Below, piece by piece: positions 9,603-21,404 of a DNA stretch of 46,520 nt. The DNA lies in NCBI GenBank assembly GCA_013265495.1, contig MU057744.1, positions 3,237,370-3,283,889 of the forward strand, read 5' to 3'. The stretch is from Vicugna vicugna (lineage: Eukaryota). Both the position numbers and the translations under genes were made by a program. Each line of letters starts with the position of its first letter. The stretch's first letter is position 1. The notes beneath the pieces are model-generated. The model saw only the letters and a list, made by a program, of their open reading frames with translations, did not search any database and was not told the DNA's origin.

Positions 9603-12600
9603 GCAAAGTGGCCAGGCCACCAGCGGGCAGGTGTGTGCTGACGGTGTGGCGGGAAGTTCCAAGCCAACGTCCTTCGACTGGTGGTCGGTGCAGAGCAGCT
9701 GTGCCTGATAACCGCAGTTGTAAGCTGTGAACTTTGGTGCTCCCTGTGAGCAAATGGTGTGGAGCCTAACATCTTCTGCCTTAGCAGCTGCTTGATGGGA
9801 ACAGCAGTGCCGGCCTGAACTTAACCTCCGTGTTCTTGCTGAGAAGGCGGTAATGGGCTGTTTCTGCAGACGTTTCAGCCCAGCACAGAGTCTGAAGTGG
9901 TTCATGTCTGGGGCCAGCACGACCTCTCCAGCCGCCACTTGGAAATGCGTTGGGGCATGTTTTTCAGTTCTTACAGTGACCGGGGACACTGGGCAGAGGC
10001 CAAGGCCGCTAGGTGCCCCACAGCTCAGTTCCGCGGAGGACTGTTCTCCCCAAGACGTCACTGGCCCCCCCGGGAAGCTCTGGGACCGGGCAAGTCATGC
10101 CTTCTCCCTCGCCGGGTTCTGAAGATCCTGCTTGGAGATCCATCCTGAGCTAAGCACATAAATAGACAGCCCGCCCCCACACTGTGGCACAGGACAGAAA
10201 GAGCCGTACCAGAGTCTGTGCTGGCGATGCCCTGTGCCTACGGGGAGCTGCGATTCTGAGGCCGACCGCAGCCAGAGGTCAGGGAGGGAGGGAGGACATC
10301 AGAGCCGTGAGTTACGGGCTGGTCCTCGGGGGCGGAAAGAGGCAGAGGAGGACGGAAGATTTTCTTTCAGAATGTGTCTGGTTGTGGAAAAGAATGCCCA
10401 GTCTGATTCTCACTCTAAGGTCATTAATGAATTTGAAGTGTGCAGACCCAAGGCGGCCACACCCCGTCTTGAAGGGATTGCGGTTGGAGTTAAGGGACTC
10501 TTCTGCTCTGTCAAAACTGAGGGGAACTTCCCCGTTTTACTGAGGTGGGATTACTTTTACTCTTAATGAGATTTATCCCTTCTTTGTTCTCTTAAAACTG
10601 AATCCACAGCATGTCCTTATCATTGCTTCTGTTACCCAGCGTAAATATTCCAGAAGACTCTCCCCTCCTAGTTTTTGAAGGAAGTCTGTTCAGCACCACT
10701 GGGATGTGGTGATCAACATTCTAAAAGGTTTCATTTAGCGGAAGTATGTCAGGCAGCCCCCAGGCTTGATTTTGTAAACCATTGTGTTTTATTTCAGTAA
10801 CACAATAAGCCTCACTTATCAAGAAGTGCCTTATCTGTGAAGCTCACGTATCTAGCACACAGTAAACTCAGGGAACAAAGTTCCTGGTCTTTATGCCCAA
10901 AACGGAAACTTTCCGGGCTCTCCTGGGAGTCAGCTTATTTTCAACTTACATACAATTCTGAGCAGCTTGGTTACTTGTTCCCTAGCTTACAACACATTGA
11001 AAAATGAACAGCCAGCACCTCGTTTGGTTCTGCTTGGGCCCTGGAGCGGGAGACTGCCTGCAGCCCAGCAAAGGCAAGGCAGAGAAAATGAGAGCAGACA
11101 CTTGAAAACAGAAAAGGCAGTCGAGACCTTCGTGCCTGGGGTCGCGTTCTTACGTTCTCAGGACCATCCCAGCCAGGTGGCTCCCGAGGAGGGGCTGCTG
11201 CCCAGCTGGGCTGGTCCTTGACCATCGCAGTGATCGTGCTGTAAGAAATGAGAGGTTCCCTTCAGATTTGTAATGTTTTTAAGTGGTGTTGAATATTATA
11301 AGACTAAGCTATCGTCTGGAAAAAAACTCTTCTTAGAATGTCACATTTTCTAATAAAATTGGATGGGTGGGGCAGTTGTATGTGAAATTCAGTTGAGAAG
11401 TTCACTGTTGAGAGTTGGAACTACTGAACACAGCGATCTCCATCTCTCACCCCCCCCCCCGGAGGATCTGATGTCTCCGACATCCAGACTCCTGGCTGTG
11501 CGCAGCTCACTGACCTCCTCACACACACGGCTGCATCCACGCCGGCTCCGGCTCCGGCTCCTGCTGACGTGCCTAGTCAGGCTGGCCTCGCACAAGACTG
11601 ACTCCCCAATGTGCAGTGAAGTGCGGGGAGAGAGCGTCTCTGGTTCAGTTTGCATCAGGAAGGATAGAAAGGATTGGGGAACTGGACCGAAAGCAAGTGC
11701 TCCCGAAATACAAGATAACTGTTACAGAGTAGCTGAAACTTATGTGTTGCATTACTTTTTATCTTTGTTTCTAACTCTTAGGTTAGTATAATTGTGTTTG
11801 CATGTATGGAGTGTGATGTCTGTGAAGTCAGTTTGTGTCAGAGAAAAGCTAATCAGTGTTGACAGGGTGAGATGCATTGCTCTGCAGTGTTCGCATGTGC
11901 TGGCTCACCATTGTCCCAGTGCCCAGTGCCTCATAAGGAAGAAAAGTGTAACAGTTCCTGAAGTATTGATAAACAGTGCGAGTGCTTTGAGACAATGAAC
12001 TGGATGTGCTGAGTTAAAAAAAAAATTGGTGGAAGAAGGGGTGACCTGTTTTCTGTGGGAAGTTTTGAATTCTAGAACTATCCAGTTACAGTTAAATTTT
12101 GATGCCCAAAGAGGGCAGCACATGTAAGTGGTTGTTCTTACCAAATATTGCCTTTTCCTGTCTTATTCTTTCGTAAGTTTTTAGCATAGTACTTCTTCCC
12201 TCTTACTACGAAGAGGTACAGTTTTAGGCTATGTATATTATGAGGAAATTCTGAGATGTTATCAGGATTTCAGAACCTATTCTGAACCTATCTGAGAATT
12301 TGAGAACCAGTCAGAGACGTAGGGTATCATTTGTATTTTTAAGCACTAGGCCAGTAAGTAAGTGGCTTATAATCCCCGAAGAGCAGTGTGGTAATGCATT
12401 ATCTAGTTAATGGAACCTAGAGTAGAGTAGTACATGCCTTGCTGGAGCCTCTGATTCCTCGTTTGAGAGTAAAATACCGTTTTTTTCCCTCCCATGACAA
12501 TGTGGTGAATATTATTTGTAAAGGACTTTGCAAATTTCAAGACAAAGGTGCTAAAGGTTTTTTTGGGACAAAAATGATATTGTTACAGTTTTTAATTTAT

Positions 12601-14709
12601 TTTCCTCATTCATGAAATATGTATCCCAGAGTTCATCCAGTTGTTAATTCAAGGAGTGAGATACTGAGAGATCGACTTTGCATTCTTATCTTTCCCTGTC
12701 TGGTTAACGAATGCATTCAGTATTTACAGCCTATTTCAAATGACTATAGGGAAGACTTCCTTGTTAAGAATGTCTGAGTGGTAGATGTGGAAGTGTTTTT
12801 ATTTTTATGTACTTACCAGAGGCTGTATAAAGTAGATGTTCAATATAAGCAATCCATTTTAATCCTTTGCTGTTCTTGCTTTAAAGCTCAATAAACGCTT
12901 GGTGAATGAATGCTGAATGTTAATGCATTCTGTTTGCCCACCTCATGAAATAGACAAAAGGAAGCAGGTCCCTTAATAAAGGCAGCAGTGACTTGAGCAC
13001 TTACTCCTGGTGATACGAAGATGTTTAAATGCAGCTCGCTCTTCCTGAGTGACTCTAGGTCAGAAGCAGTCAGTTCAACTGCAAACATCTTGTGGGTGGT
13101 TAAGAAACCCACGTTAATTTGCAGAATGTAATAATTCCCAACACCCCCCCACAAAAACAGTGCTAGGTCTTCACAGTTTGTTGCATAAATAACAATTACT
13201 GACGCTGGTTTATTACACTGAGTCCCTCACACAACGCTGCTGGACTTCGGAGGGATGCCTGAAACCCCGGTGCCAAGGCTCCTGGGATTTCAGTCGAGAA
13301 CAGCACATTTCAGAGGAATCCTTTCTCTTGCTTGTCACCAGTGTAAATTTAGGCTCGTGCTATGTCCCCGAACTATTAAAAAATGAATGTAACAGTTTAG
13401 CAAATTATGTATATTTTTAAAAAGAGAGTCATAGTTGAAGGTAGGGGGTAAGGAACAGCTTACCTTGACCTAATATAATATCTTCAAGGACTGTAGCTCT
13501 TGAAATGTTGAATAGTACCTCAAAGTCGTAATTAGGAAAGAGTCCTTGATGTCTAGTGTTTTCAGCAGCCGTGTCCGAGGCGGTGGGCAGGGGTGGCTTT
13601 CTTCCTCTTGGCGCCCCTGCAGCTTCTAGCTCCGCTCCGTCACACGGTCGCTCTTCCCGAGTACGCGCGCCGCGAGGCACTGCTGGTACTTCACGGCTGT
13701 CTCCGCTCGCACCCTGGGACAAGCCGGGCTGCAGTGACTGTACTGGCTCTGCAGGAGGAGCGGCACACTCACGTGGGATGGCTGGCGATGGCTTCCTAGG
13801 GTATCGGTACATAAAAACATTTACGCAGGTAACTCCAAATTTATCCAGCACTGTGGGATTTGTCTTTATGCTTCAGAATTTGGAGGTAACAGAAATTGTT
13901 AAATGTCTGAACTTTTTTTTAAATTACCTTGACTGTTAAAAGCATTTCTGAACGTAACTGGTCCAAAGGAAAGAGTGTTTGCTCTGGCTCTGCGAGTTTT
14001 CCCTGCCTTAGGAACCCTTGTCTACAGAGTACACTGTGGTTTTTGGTAAATTATTGTGGTTATTGATTGACTTCAGAAGTGGACCACGTTGTTTTGTAAA
14101 TATTCCTCGAATGGAGTTTGGAGTCCTCATTTTCCTGGAAACTCTAAGCTTCAGGCATCTTTTCTGAGTCAGTAAATCAGCAGCGTGGATTGTTTCAGAG
14201 GCAGGTACTCGATGCTTAAATAAGTAGTCTTTCCAGTGTTCGTGGTCGAGCATTCAGGTTTATTAAATGTCTCCATACCTAGATCATCCAGGCAGGAATG
14301 AAGGACCACGCATAACTTGGGCCCTCCTAACTCAGTGTTTAGTTGAAGAGGCTTGTCCAGAATGTCTGTGGGCTTTAGCAGAGAGGAAACTCATTTTAAA
14401 ATACATGCATTCACACTTTTGGCTGAATTTTAACTCGATAAAAAGTGTTCTTTTGCAACAAGCTCCTTAATATATTATCTGTTTAATTTTACCTAGGATT
14501 TTATTTTATACTAACTTACCAAAGAGGACGTGACAGTGAATATGGGTACGTTCCTACTTTAAAAAGGAGCTGCAAGCCAAAGAAATAAAAGGTTTTGGGT
14601 ATGTCAGGGAGATCTTGGTCATAACCACAAAGCAGAACGGACTGGAGAATTAATCTGCAGCGTTTTCTAGCCTTTCAGTCATCCACAGTGAAACAGAACT
14701 GACTGTGGT

Positions 14710-14741
14710 GTTTTGTTTGTTTGTTTGGTTGGTTGGTTTTT
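14710..14741. repeat. (TTTG)n/(TTGG)n compound microsatellite
   Basis: 'gttttgtttgtttgtttggttggttggttttt' read directly. Confidence 0.9.
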
Positions 14742-15253
14742 AAGATCTAAATTTGTTCTTCAATCTTTATTTTAAAAATAGCAAGAGTAAGCACATTGTT
14801 ACTTTAGGTCTATTTTGAAGTAAGCTGTAAAATTAAGAGATTTTGGAACAGCAAAATGGAACCAAAACATGGAGCATGCCATGTTTTGCCCATTTTTATG
14901 AGGCCAGGAAGGAACAGAGGCAGTGAGTGCAGGCCCTGCTCCTCCTCCTGTGAGCACAGGTTGAGTGCTTAGTTGATCAAGGTGTAGTTTTGCTTTTCAA
15001 TAATAGTAAATAGTAAACACGACATTGTTTTTAAAGCACCTAGGAAGGTGTTGGATAGTTCTTAACCGGTTTCCAAATGTGACCTTTAATGTCAGTTGAT
15101 GTATTTATATTTCATACTCACATTTAAAAGAATCAGATGTCTTCTGTAACATATAATATTATTATAGTATGTGTAATTTTATATGTCTACATATATATAA
15201 TTTCTAAAAATTGCATCTGGGCTGTCATCCCCACCTTCCCTCCCCTACGCAAC

Positions 15254-15940
15254 TTGTGGTTTCTCTCTGAGTGCTTTTAAGATTTTATCTTCTATCACTG
15301 GTTTTGGGAAATTTGATTATGATGTTCATTGGTGTAGTTTTTTTCCGTATTTCTTTTCTTGGCACTTTCTGAGCTTCTGGAATCTGTGGGTTTATAGTTT
15401 TCATCAGATTTGGACATATTTCAGTCAACATTTCTTCAAGTAGCATCTCCTTCTCTTCTCCCTTTCACGGAACTCCAGTGACCCATCTGTGTGGTCATCT
15501 GACCTTGTCCCACTGCTCACTGATGTGCCCTTTTTTCAGAATCCCAGTAGATTCGGTTCGATTTTATCTTCTTTGTGAATTGAAGGGTTCTCTTACTGTG
15601 TTCGTGCTTTCCTCTACCTTCTTGAACAGAGAGAGAGAATGTGTGTGTGTGTGTGTGTGTGTGTGTCTGAGCCCTTCTCACAGCCTGTCTGCTAAGTGAT
15701 GTCATGGCTGGGCCCATTTCTGTGGGGTCTCTCTTAAATATAGATTATTTGTTCCTGCTTGTTTGAATGTCTGAGGACTTTTTTAAAAAATCTGATGCCA
15801 GATAATTGTGAATGTGAATTTACGCCATGGGGTACTGGTATTTTTATATTGCTGAAAAATGTTTTTCATCTTTGCTCTGAGATGTATGTAAGTTGGAAAC
15901 ATTTCTGTCTTTTGGAGGCTCACTTTTAAGCTTTGTTAGG
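15254..15940 (-). mobile_element. Old L1 (L1M-type) ORF1/5' region remnant
   Basis: The - strand of 15395-15260 translates to INPQIPEAQKVPRKEIRKKTTPMNIIIKFPKTSD/(frameshift)EDKILKALREK, matching the L1 ORF1p motif IQEAQRTP...TPRHIIIKL.K.KDKEKILKAAREK. It may extend as 5' UTR to about 16400. Confidence 0.8.
15628..15666. repeat. (AG)5 + (TG)13 compound microsatellite
   Basis: 'agagagagagaa' then a TG run at 15640-15666. Confidence 0.95.
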
Positions 15941-16539
15941 AAGGACCAAAACCTCCTTTGGACTGAGGCTGCCTTGGCCCAACCCCTTGGGCAGTGCCTG
16001 GAGGAGGCACTCTGTCTGCTTGGCGGAGGCGTGGGCTCCTGCCTCCAGATGCTCAGGAGGCGGCTCCGGCTGCTCCCTTCCGGTGGGCCAGCCAGTCTCA
16101 CGTGTCAGGTTCCTGCAGCTCTCTCTCTGCAGCTGTTTCTCCACTGTTCTGCCAGCCCTGTTCCCCTTGCTGTCCAGGATCTCAGCTTGTCTCTCCAGCC
16201 CAGGGAGAACTGCGGGCGCTGTTTGGATGTCCGTCTCCTGCACAGCAGCCTGGAAGCTGCCCTGCGGGCGGCAGCAGGGACCCTGCTGGGACTTACACCG
16301 TGGGGTTTCTCATCTCCTGCGGAGCCCTGCCCGGTGCTGCCTGCAGTCCAGTGTCTCCACCGTCTCGCGTGCTTTGTCCAGATTTTATGACATCCCTACT
16401 GAGAGCTTGTGAATCCCTTTTCCCCAGGAGAGATGACCATGACTTTGGCACCAGTTGTTCAGGCTCGCCCTCCTTCCAGAACGGCAGCACATCTTGGTTC
16501 TACTTCAGGTTATTCCTCAAGGTTCGCAAGTTACCCCTA

Positions 16540-16645
16540 AGTAGATTGGAAAGTTCTTGAGAACAGAATCCACGACACATCCTTTTCTAAATCCCCCATC
16601 GCACTTGGCAGGATGTGTTGCCCATAGACCGTGCTTGATAGAGGT
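16540..16645 (+). mobile_element. L2 3' end remnant
   Basis: 'tagattggaaagttcttgagaacagaatccac...atcccccatcgcacttggcaggatgtgttgcccatagaccgtgctt' resembles the L2 3' end (tagactgtaagctccttgagggcagggac...). Confidence 0.55.
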
Positions 16646-16749
16646 AAACTGTCTCAAAAGCACTTAGAATGTGTTTACATCACTTAACAGGTGAAAACGT
16701 GGGCCTGTGTTTGACCCTGCAGACAAACGACGCCCATTTCCCTGTATTT

Positions 16750-17195
16750 GTATTCCCTCAGCTTCCCTCTTTAGGTCTTTCTGCACAATTTTACCAGTGA
16801 CAGGAATGAGGGAATAATAAGCATATTCATTAAATTTGTAGATGATTCCAAAATCCAGAGGGAATCATAATCACAAAATGTAAGATTAGAGCTAATTTAT
16901 CCTTGGCAAGTAGGATGAGTGATCACAAATAAGCTAGTAAAATTAAGAGAAACTATAAGGTATTAAATTTTAGAAACGAAGCCACATGGTAGGAGAGAAA
17001 TTGCTGGAACCAGGTGAGCATGTAAGAGCAACACTGAATTGTAAGTGGAAAATGCGTCAAAAATGAAATTTCCTGTTGTTCTAAGATGCTGTGTAAGAAT
17101 GGCAAAGGTGACTATCCTTTTATAGTCATAATCATAAACCCTCATGAAATTCTGTTGCATTTTAGATCTACTGTAATTTTAAGAGCATTAGCAAA
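16750..17195 (+). mobile_element. CR1/L3 LINE reverse-transcriptase remnant
   Basis: From 16787 it translates NFTSDRNEGIISIFIKFVDDSKIQR, matching the CR1/L3 RT segment IFINDLDEGIEGMLIKFADDTKLGG that carries the catalytic FADD motif. Decayed sequence continues downstream. Confidence 0.7.
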
Positions 17196-17639
17196 TAAAT
17201 GGTTTCAAGACAAGAGCTATTAAGATGCTGCTACTGGATTCCAAGAGGAAAAGGTGCCCCTTCTTCTCATTTGCATTTTCATTTTTCTGCAAGAGCAAGA
17301 TGTGTATACAGAAAATTGGGATGTTACAACTAAGAAAACACACCAGCGACAGCAAACAACCACCACTGCCTTCAACTGAAACAAAAGCAGTAGCCCGAGT
17401 ACCGGGAGTCAGTGAACGGAGAACACGGCAGACGGCCACTGCCGTTTGCTAGGTTTTCAGCGGGTGCTGTACAAGCTGCTTTCGAGGCATAACAGAAGGA
17501 CACCTAGCATTCAGGTGGCAGTTCTGACTTGCCAGTGGATCATGAACATAGAATCCCATTTATCGTTCTATATAACAAATATATATACGGGATATGTATA
17601 CAGGGTAATGTTTCTGGGGGTACCGAATCCCAGCTAGTC

Positions 17640-17755
17640 TGTGAAATACTGTTTCCATTTTACAGATGAAAAAACTGAGTATTTCCAGAGAAATAAATCC
17701 TGTTTCCAGTCAGATAGCTAATTATCGGCACAGTCTAGTAAAATACAGAGGCCTC
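17640..17755 (-). mobile_element. MIR SINE remnant
   Basis: 'tttccattttacagatgaaaaaactgag' is a near-perfect reverse MIR core. Confidence 0.75.
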
Positions 17756-19799
17756 TGCAATGCTGTGTCCCACAAACGGCAGCCCTCATGCACGAGCACG
17801 TGGAAGTGCCCTGAAAGCACCGAAGCGCTGTAAGGGGGAAGGTGGTGAACAGTCCTGTCTGTAGTCGGAGACCGGGCCCTCCGGAGAAGTGCTGCTGGGA
17901 GTTTCCGTGACGCCCTTCAGTATTTAGGGGAAAAGACTGTCAATCATTTCCCACGTCAGGCACTCAGAATAGAAGAGATAGACACCTAAGACCGTTGTGC
18001 TCACTGACTCTTGGGGTGGGGGTGGCCTTTAATCACACAGGCTGGTGATGTCGCCAGCTTCTTCCCGGCCATGCAGCACTTGGTCACCTTTGTCACCGTC
18101 ACTCCAGCCGTCTCTTCCTTGCTGTTGTTGTTTTGTGCTCCTCTTTAAACATGGTAAGTTCGTATCAGGGCCTTTTAGAATGAGTGTTGAAGATCCGGGC
18201 AGAAAAGGGTAGCAGGCATGCTTAGTCAGAAGAATCACCCCTGCTTGTAGGCGGCTCTCCATTGGAACAAAAGGAGAAGAGGGGTGAATTTGCGTGGAGG
18301 CTGCGTGGCAGGTCTGCCTTCTTGGTGAATTCTTCGGAGGAGATCAGCTGCCCAGATGTGTGTGTTGGCGTGGGACTTGGCAGGGAGGGAGGTGGAGTGG
18401 AGTGGGGTCTGAATGGAGGGGGTCTGATTAAGCAGCTGCTGGGGAGGCACCTGTGCTCAGGGTCCCGCTGTGTCCTTGCTGTGGGCACGCGAATCTTCAT
18501 GACAGAAAGCAGGCCGGAGCTCTCAAGAGTGTCCACACCTAGCATAATGGGCTGATACATCGGGTGATGTTAACTCAGTGGAACTATTTTGGCAAAAAGA
18601 GGCGATTTTCTAGCCACTTCTGGTCAAGGTTCGTCTCTTGGCTTGACAGACTCTGAGCAGGTGAAGATGGAGTCCACGTGGCTACTGTTCCAGTGAGCCT
18701 GGGGTGGCCTTGGCTGGATAGCAGGTGGGGAGGTGTGAGGGAGTCAGTCATGCAGCTGACCTGCCGCCACTAGGTAACATGACACGACTCTAGAAAGCCT
18801 TCTCTACCTTTTGCTACAGCCTGCAACTCAGAATATTCCAGAAAAAAAAATTCTGAGGCCCTTACGGAATCATAGACTTGGAACAGGCTGGAGAGGAAAG
18901 GGACCCAGAGACCCTCTGTTTAGAGCTGAGGGTCCCCTGGCCCCTGGCCCCTGGGCCTCGCTGGGTGCCGGAGTTCTCACCTCTGGGCAGTAAGTCCTGT
19001 TCAGGGTCAGGTCCGGTCAGTGCTTTATTGCTTCCTAGACAGGACGTTTGTAAGGCTAATGGTTGGTAGCAACAGAGAACTGGAACCTATGCAGGCTTTA
19101 TTTCAACAGACGGTGACATTTGATGGAAATACACCGAAGTACGTTTCTAGGCCAGAACACCAGTGGTTGACCCTCTTGATGTTGCTGCTGTCTGGTTGGT
19201 CCTACCAACTGAAATCTACTTCTTTCCTTACACAAAAAGTGGATTGGTAGGGGAAGAGCCCAACTTCTGACTTTTTATCTGTTTTATTTGCTGTAAGAAT
19301 GTATGAAAAACATTAGAAAGGTCCTTGGCAGGTCAGTGTCTTCAGCATGCATTACATGGTCAAACTGGGGGGAAAAATCAAACTGGCAAAGAAGTAAATT
19401 GAATAGAATGAATATTTTCTCAACAAAAATACATGCTAGAAAAGGGGGCGATAAGAAGAAATAGTATGTACAAATAACTGAAACTCTGAGAGCTTGTTAT
19501 CAAATGTGGGATTGCCTCAAATGGGTATGATGCCACGTAGGGAAAGTAAAATGAAGGGAAATCTAGAGAGAAGATGCCGCAGCAGTCACCGCGCAGGGTC
19601 TTGCTGAGGCTTGTTGAAATTCACCACGAATAACAGGGTCCCTCAAGCATAATGAATAAATATTTACTTACCAATACTGCAAATAAAGAAGTTTAAAAGT
19701 CTCCCACTTTAAAATGCAGTAAACTCTTAACATCATTTCTGTTTGTTCTTGACTTTGGTAAGCGTGCACACGGAGCTGTAGGGAGTCCATGAAATGCCG

Positions 19800-19874
19800 C
19801 CTTCCCTCTCCCTCCCTCTCCCTCCCTCCCCCTCCCTCCTTCTCCCTCTCCTTCCCCCTCCTTCCCTCCCCCTC
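19800..19874. repeat. 75-nt pure polypyrimidine (CT-rich) tract
   Basis: No purine from 19800 to 19874; built of CCCT/CCCTCT-like units. Confidence 0.95.
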
Positions 19875-21239
19875 GTGATTTTGGATGTGGACTCCTGCAT
19901 CCTGCATCTCACTTGCCCTGCTGGCCTGCTGTCCAGGGGTCCTTTCTACATAGGAGAGGTGGCCAAGCTTGCAAGTGGCTGAGCTCCTTTTGGGACCTGC
20001 AGACTCCTGCACCACAGAACAGAAACTTCCAGGAGGCTTCATAGTGACACAGGAGCAGGGTTAGCAAACGGAATACAAAACAACAGAAAACTTGCCTTCT
20101 TATCCTGGCTGTGCCTGTGAAACACTGTATGCCTTAAGTCCGCGGCCTCTGAAACAGCCTATTAAAAAAATGCTGTGTGTCCCTTCTACCTCTAGGAAGA
20201 CATTGTGAGCCTGAGAGAGAGGCGAGGGAAAAGGACCTTCTGAGCATTTAAAAATACACAGTGTGTGAGATATGATATACAATGCACATATGTAATAGGG
20301 AGAGGCGATGGCAGAGACTGAAACATCATTTCCAGCACTCTGTAGTCCTAAGAACAAATGAAAAGTGTGGGCCACGTAGAGCATGTGTGGGTACAAAATA
20401 CAGAGTTCATAGGATATATATTAAATAATGTAGCAAAAGCAGAAAATGTGGACAGGAAAGCTTTTTGCTTGCTGGTAAGATTTTTTTTCATTTAATTTCA
20501 CCTCTTCCCCAAATGACTTTTGTACATTTTTTTTTCTGATAATACCACAAGAAATGTCTGCCTCATGCGATGTGGAAAGCAAGCTAGTGTGATTATTTTT
20601 AAAAATGGGTATCATTTGCACATGCCTAAGATTAACTGAAGTTGAATCGCTAATTAAATATTAGCGTATTAAATGAATGGCGTAGAACGTGTCCTCAGCA
20701 ATCTAAACCTTTCAGACGTGAGACTTAAATTCCAATTCTGGGTCCTCCGTTTCTTCTGCAGGGAAAGGAAAGCGACCAAAAGAGAAACGTCTTAGTGCCA
20801 CGTAGAACAGCTCCCTGCTCCTCTGAAAGTGCAGGTCCCTGTGTAGAAGCCGCCCCTCTGGAGGAGCAAAAGGGGGCTCTTGAGCTTAAGAAATTGCCCT
20901 CTCATGGCAATAAACGTTAATTTCACTAGCCGTGTAGACTCGAAACTGTTAACAAATCTTCTGCGGTGATCACTGAAATGAGTAACCATAATTACACACT
21001 ACATCATAGGTAATGAGCGGAGTATATACAGAGTATGAAGAGTAACAGTATTGACAGCTGTGACTTGCTTAGTGTTTATCATGCACCAGGTGGTTTATGT
21101 GTAGCGTCTTATCTCCGCAGTGGCCGTGCAAGATACGTGTTGTCTCGCAGGAGGTCGCAGAGTTTGCGACGGGTGGAACTAGATGGCTCTACCTTGTTCC
21201 GAAGCTAAGCCTTTTCTGGTTCATCAGAGTCGCCTCAGG

Positions 21240-21404
21240 TGTGTCCTGCACACACTGGTGTGTGTGTGAATCACCCTGGGTTCTTGCCAAAGTGCCGGCT
21301 TGGGTTCAGTAGGGCTGGGGTCTGAGGCCCGAGATTCTGCATTTCCAGCAGACTCGCAGGCGATGTCAGTGCTGTGGACCACGGGCCACACTGTGAGTAG
21401 TAAA
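21240..21404 (-). mobile_element. MER5A1-type hAT-Charlie DNA transposon
   Basis: 'gaatcaccctgggttcttgcc...ttcagtagggctggggtctgaggcccgagattctgcatttccagcagactcgcaggcgatgtcagtgctgtggaccacgggccacactgtgagtag' matches the recalled reverse MER5A1 consensus. Confidence 0.8.

Noticed and set aside
10871..10883. GGAAC-AAA-GTTCC as a steroid response element
   Set aside because: The arms are 5 bp and the geometry does not fit the 15-bp AGAACAnnnTGTTCT consensus.
12810..12950. Minus-strand exon ending at CTG|GTAAGT
   Set aside because: The upstream sequence contains an L2 tail (ctcaataaacgcttggtgaatgaatg) and I found no convincing acceptor or coding frame.
15844..16560. Stack of long overlapping ORFs (159-188 aa)
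   Set aside because: The sequence is stop-poor and GC-rich, probably old L1 5' UTR, and has no recognisable domain.
17424..17444. Hairpin ACGGCAG-N7-CTGCCGT as a miRNA or terminator
   Set aside because: A 7-bp stem is far too short for a pre-miRNA, and intrinsic terminators do not apply to mammalian DNA.
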